From contig OX597814.1 of assembly GCA_951406725.2 (NCBI GenBank), forward strand, positions 170,996,001-171,060,000: a DNA stretch of 64,000 nt, read 5' to 3'. Source of the DNA: Octopus vulgaris (taxonomy: Eukaryota). A program made the position numbers and the translations under genes. Under the pieces are notes generated by a model that was not told where the DNA came from, ran no database searches, and saw only the letters and a program-made list of their open reading frames with translations. Below, piece by piece: positions 63,629 to 64,000 of the stretch; position 1 is the first letter of the stretch, and every line of letters starts with the position of its first letter.

Positions 63629-64000
63629 AAGAAAGAGATGTAAAAGCAGTACTAAAATAAATATTTAAAGATTAAAAATTGATGTGTGGGGGTGAGGAAG
63701 GTGTAATTTTTTTTTCTTTTCTTTTTCAATGTTAAGTTGCAACCTGATTTTCATTTCAGGTGTGTTTGTGTGTCTGTCTGTGTGTGCAAAAGGTGTGTTT
63801 CCTGGCAACACTTGAAACTCGGAACAGATATGATAGGTGGTGCAGGTGGAGGAAGACTAAAGTTAATTCCTATGAAACATTTGAGTCAGACACTCATTTT
63901 ATTTGTGTGTGTGTGTGTGTGTATGTATGTGTGTGTATCATTCTTTATATCAAACTTTTCTAATCAATATATATATATATATATATATATATACTAGCAG

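Noticed and set aside
235-63997. The six-frame ORFs as host protein-coding genes
   Set aside because: They are translations of microsatellites (VCVC, YIYI, HTHT, poly-I/M/N) or recurring SINE text (e.g. RLPNPLTRLWSAR). None has a host-protein domain I can recognise.

Overview
AT-rich, microsatellite-dense, non-coding eukaryotic DNA with no intact protein-coding gene. The repeat families (tRNA-headed SINEs ending in GTAAAAGA, GAT or ATT tails, TTAA-flanked MITEs, RTE/CR1/R4 LINE scraps) match my recollection of Octopus (coleoid cephalopod) intronic or intergenic DNA; this taxon call is inference. Nearly all listed ORFs are microsatellite or SINE artefacts. The only protein-like text is decayed transposon C-termini: mariner at 14.1 kb, RTE at 31.8 and 36.4 kb, R4/Dong-like at 47.4 kb, CR1 at 58.4 kb. 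Main observations: (1) about eight minimal type I hammerhead-ribozyme-like motifs of Penelope type, from several unrelated families, three inside fold-back inverted repeats and one with a U3-A8 compensated core; (2) a SINE insertion at 43.3 kb with a 14-bp TSD that captured a 74-nt copy of neighbouring DNA from 45.05 kb; (3) a near-identical 327-bp inverted duplication of an already decayed RTE fragment 4.3 kb apart; (4) modular head/tail shuffling and self-targeting among SINEs; (5) a few candidate micro-exons. All alignments were done by eye, and family names A-E are my own labels.
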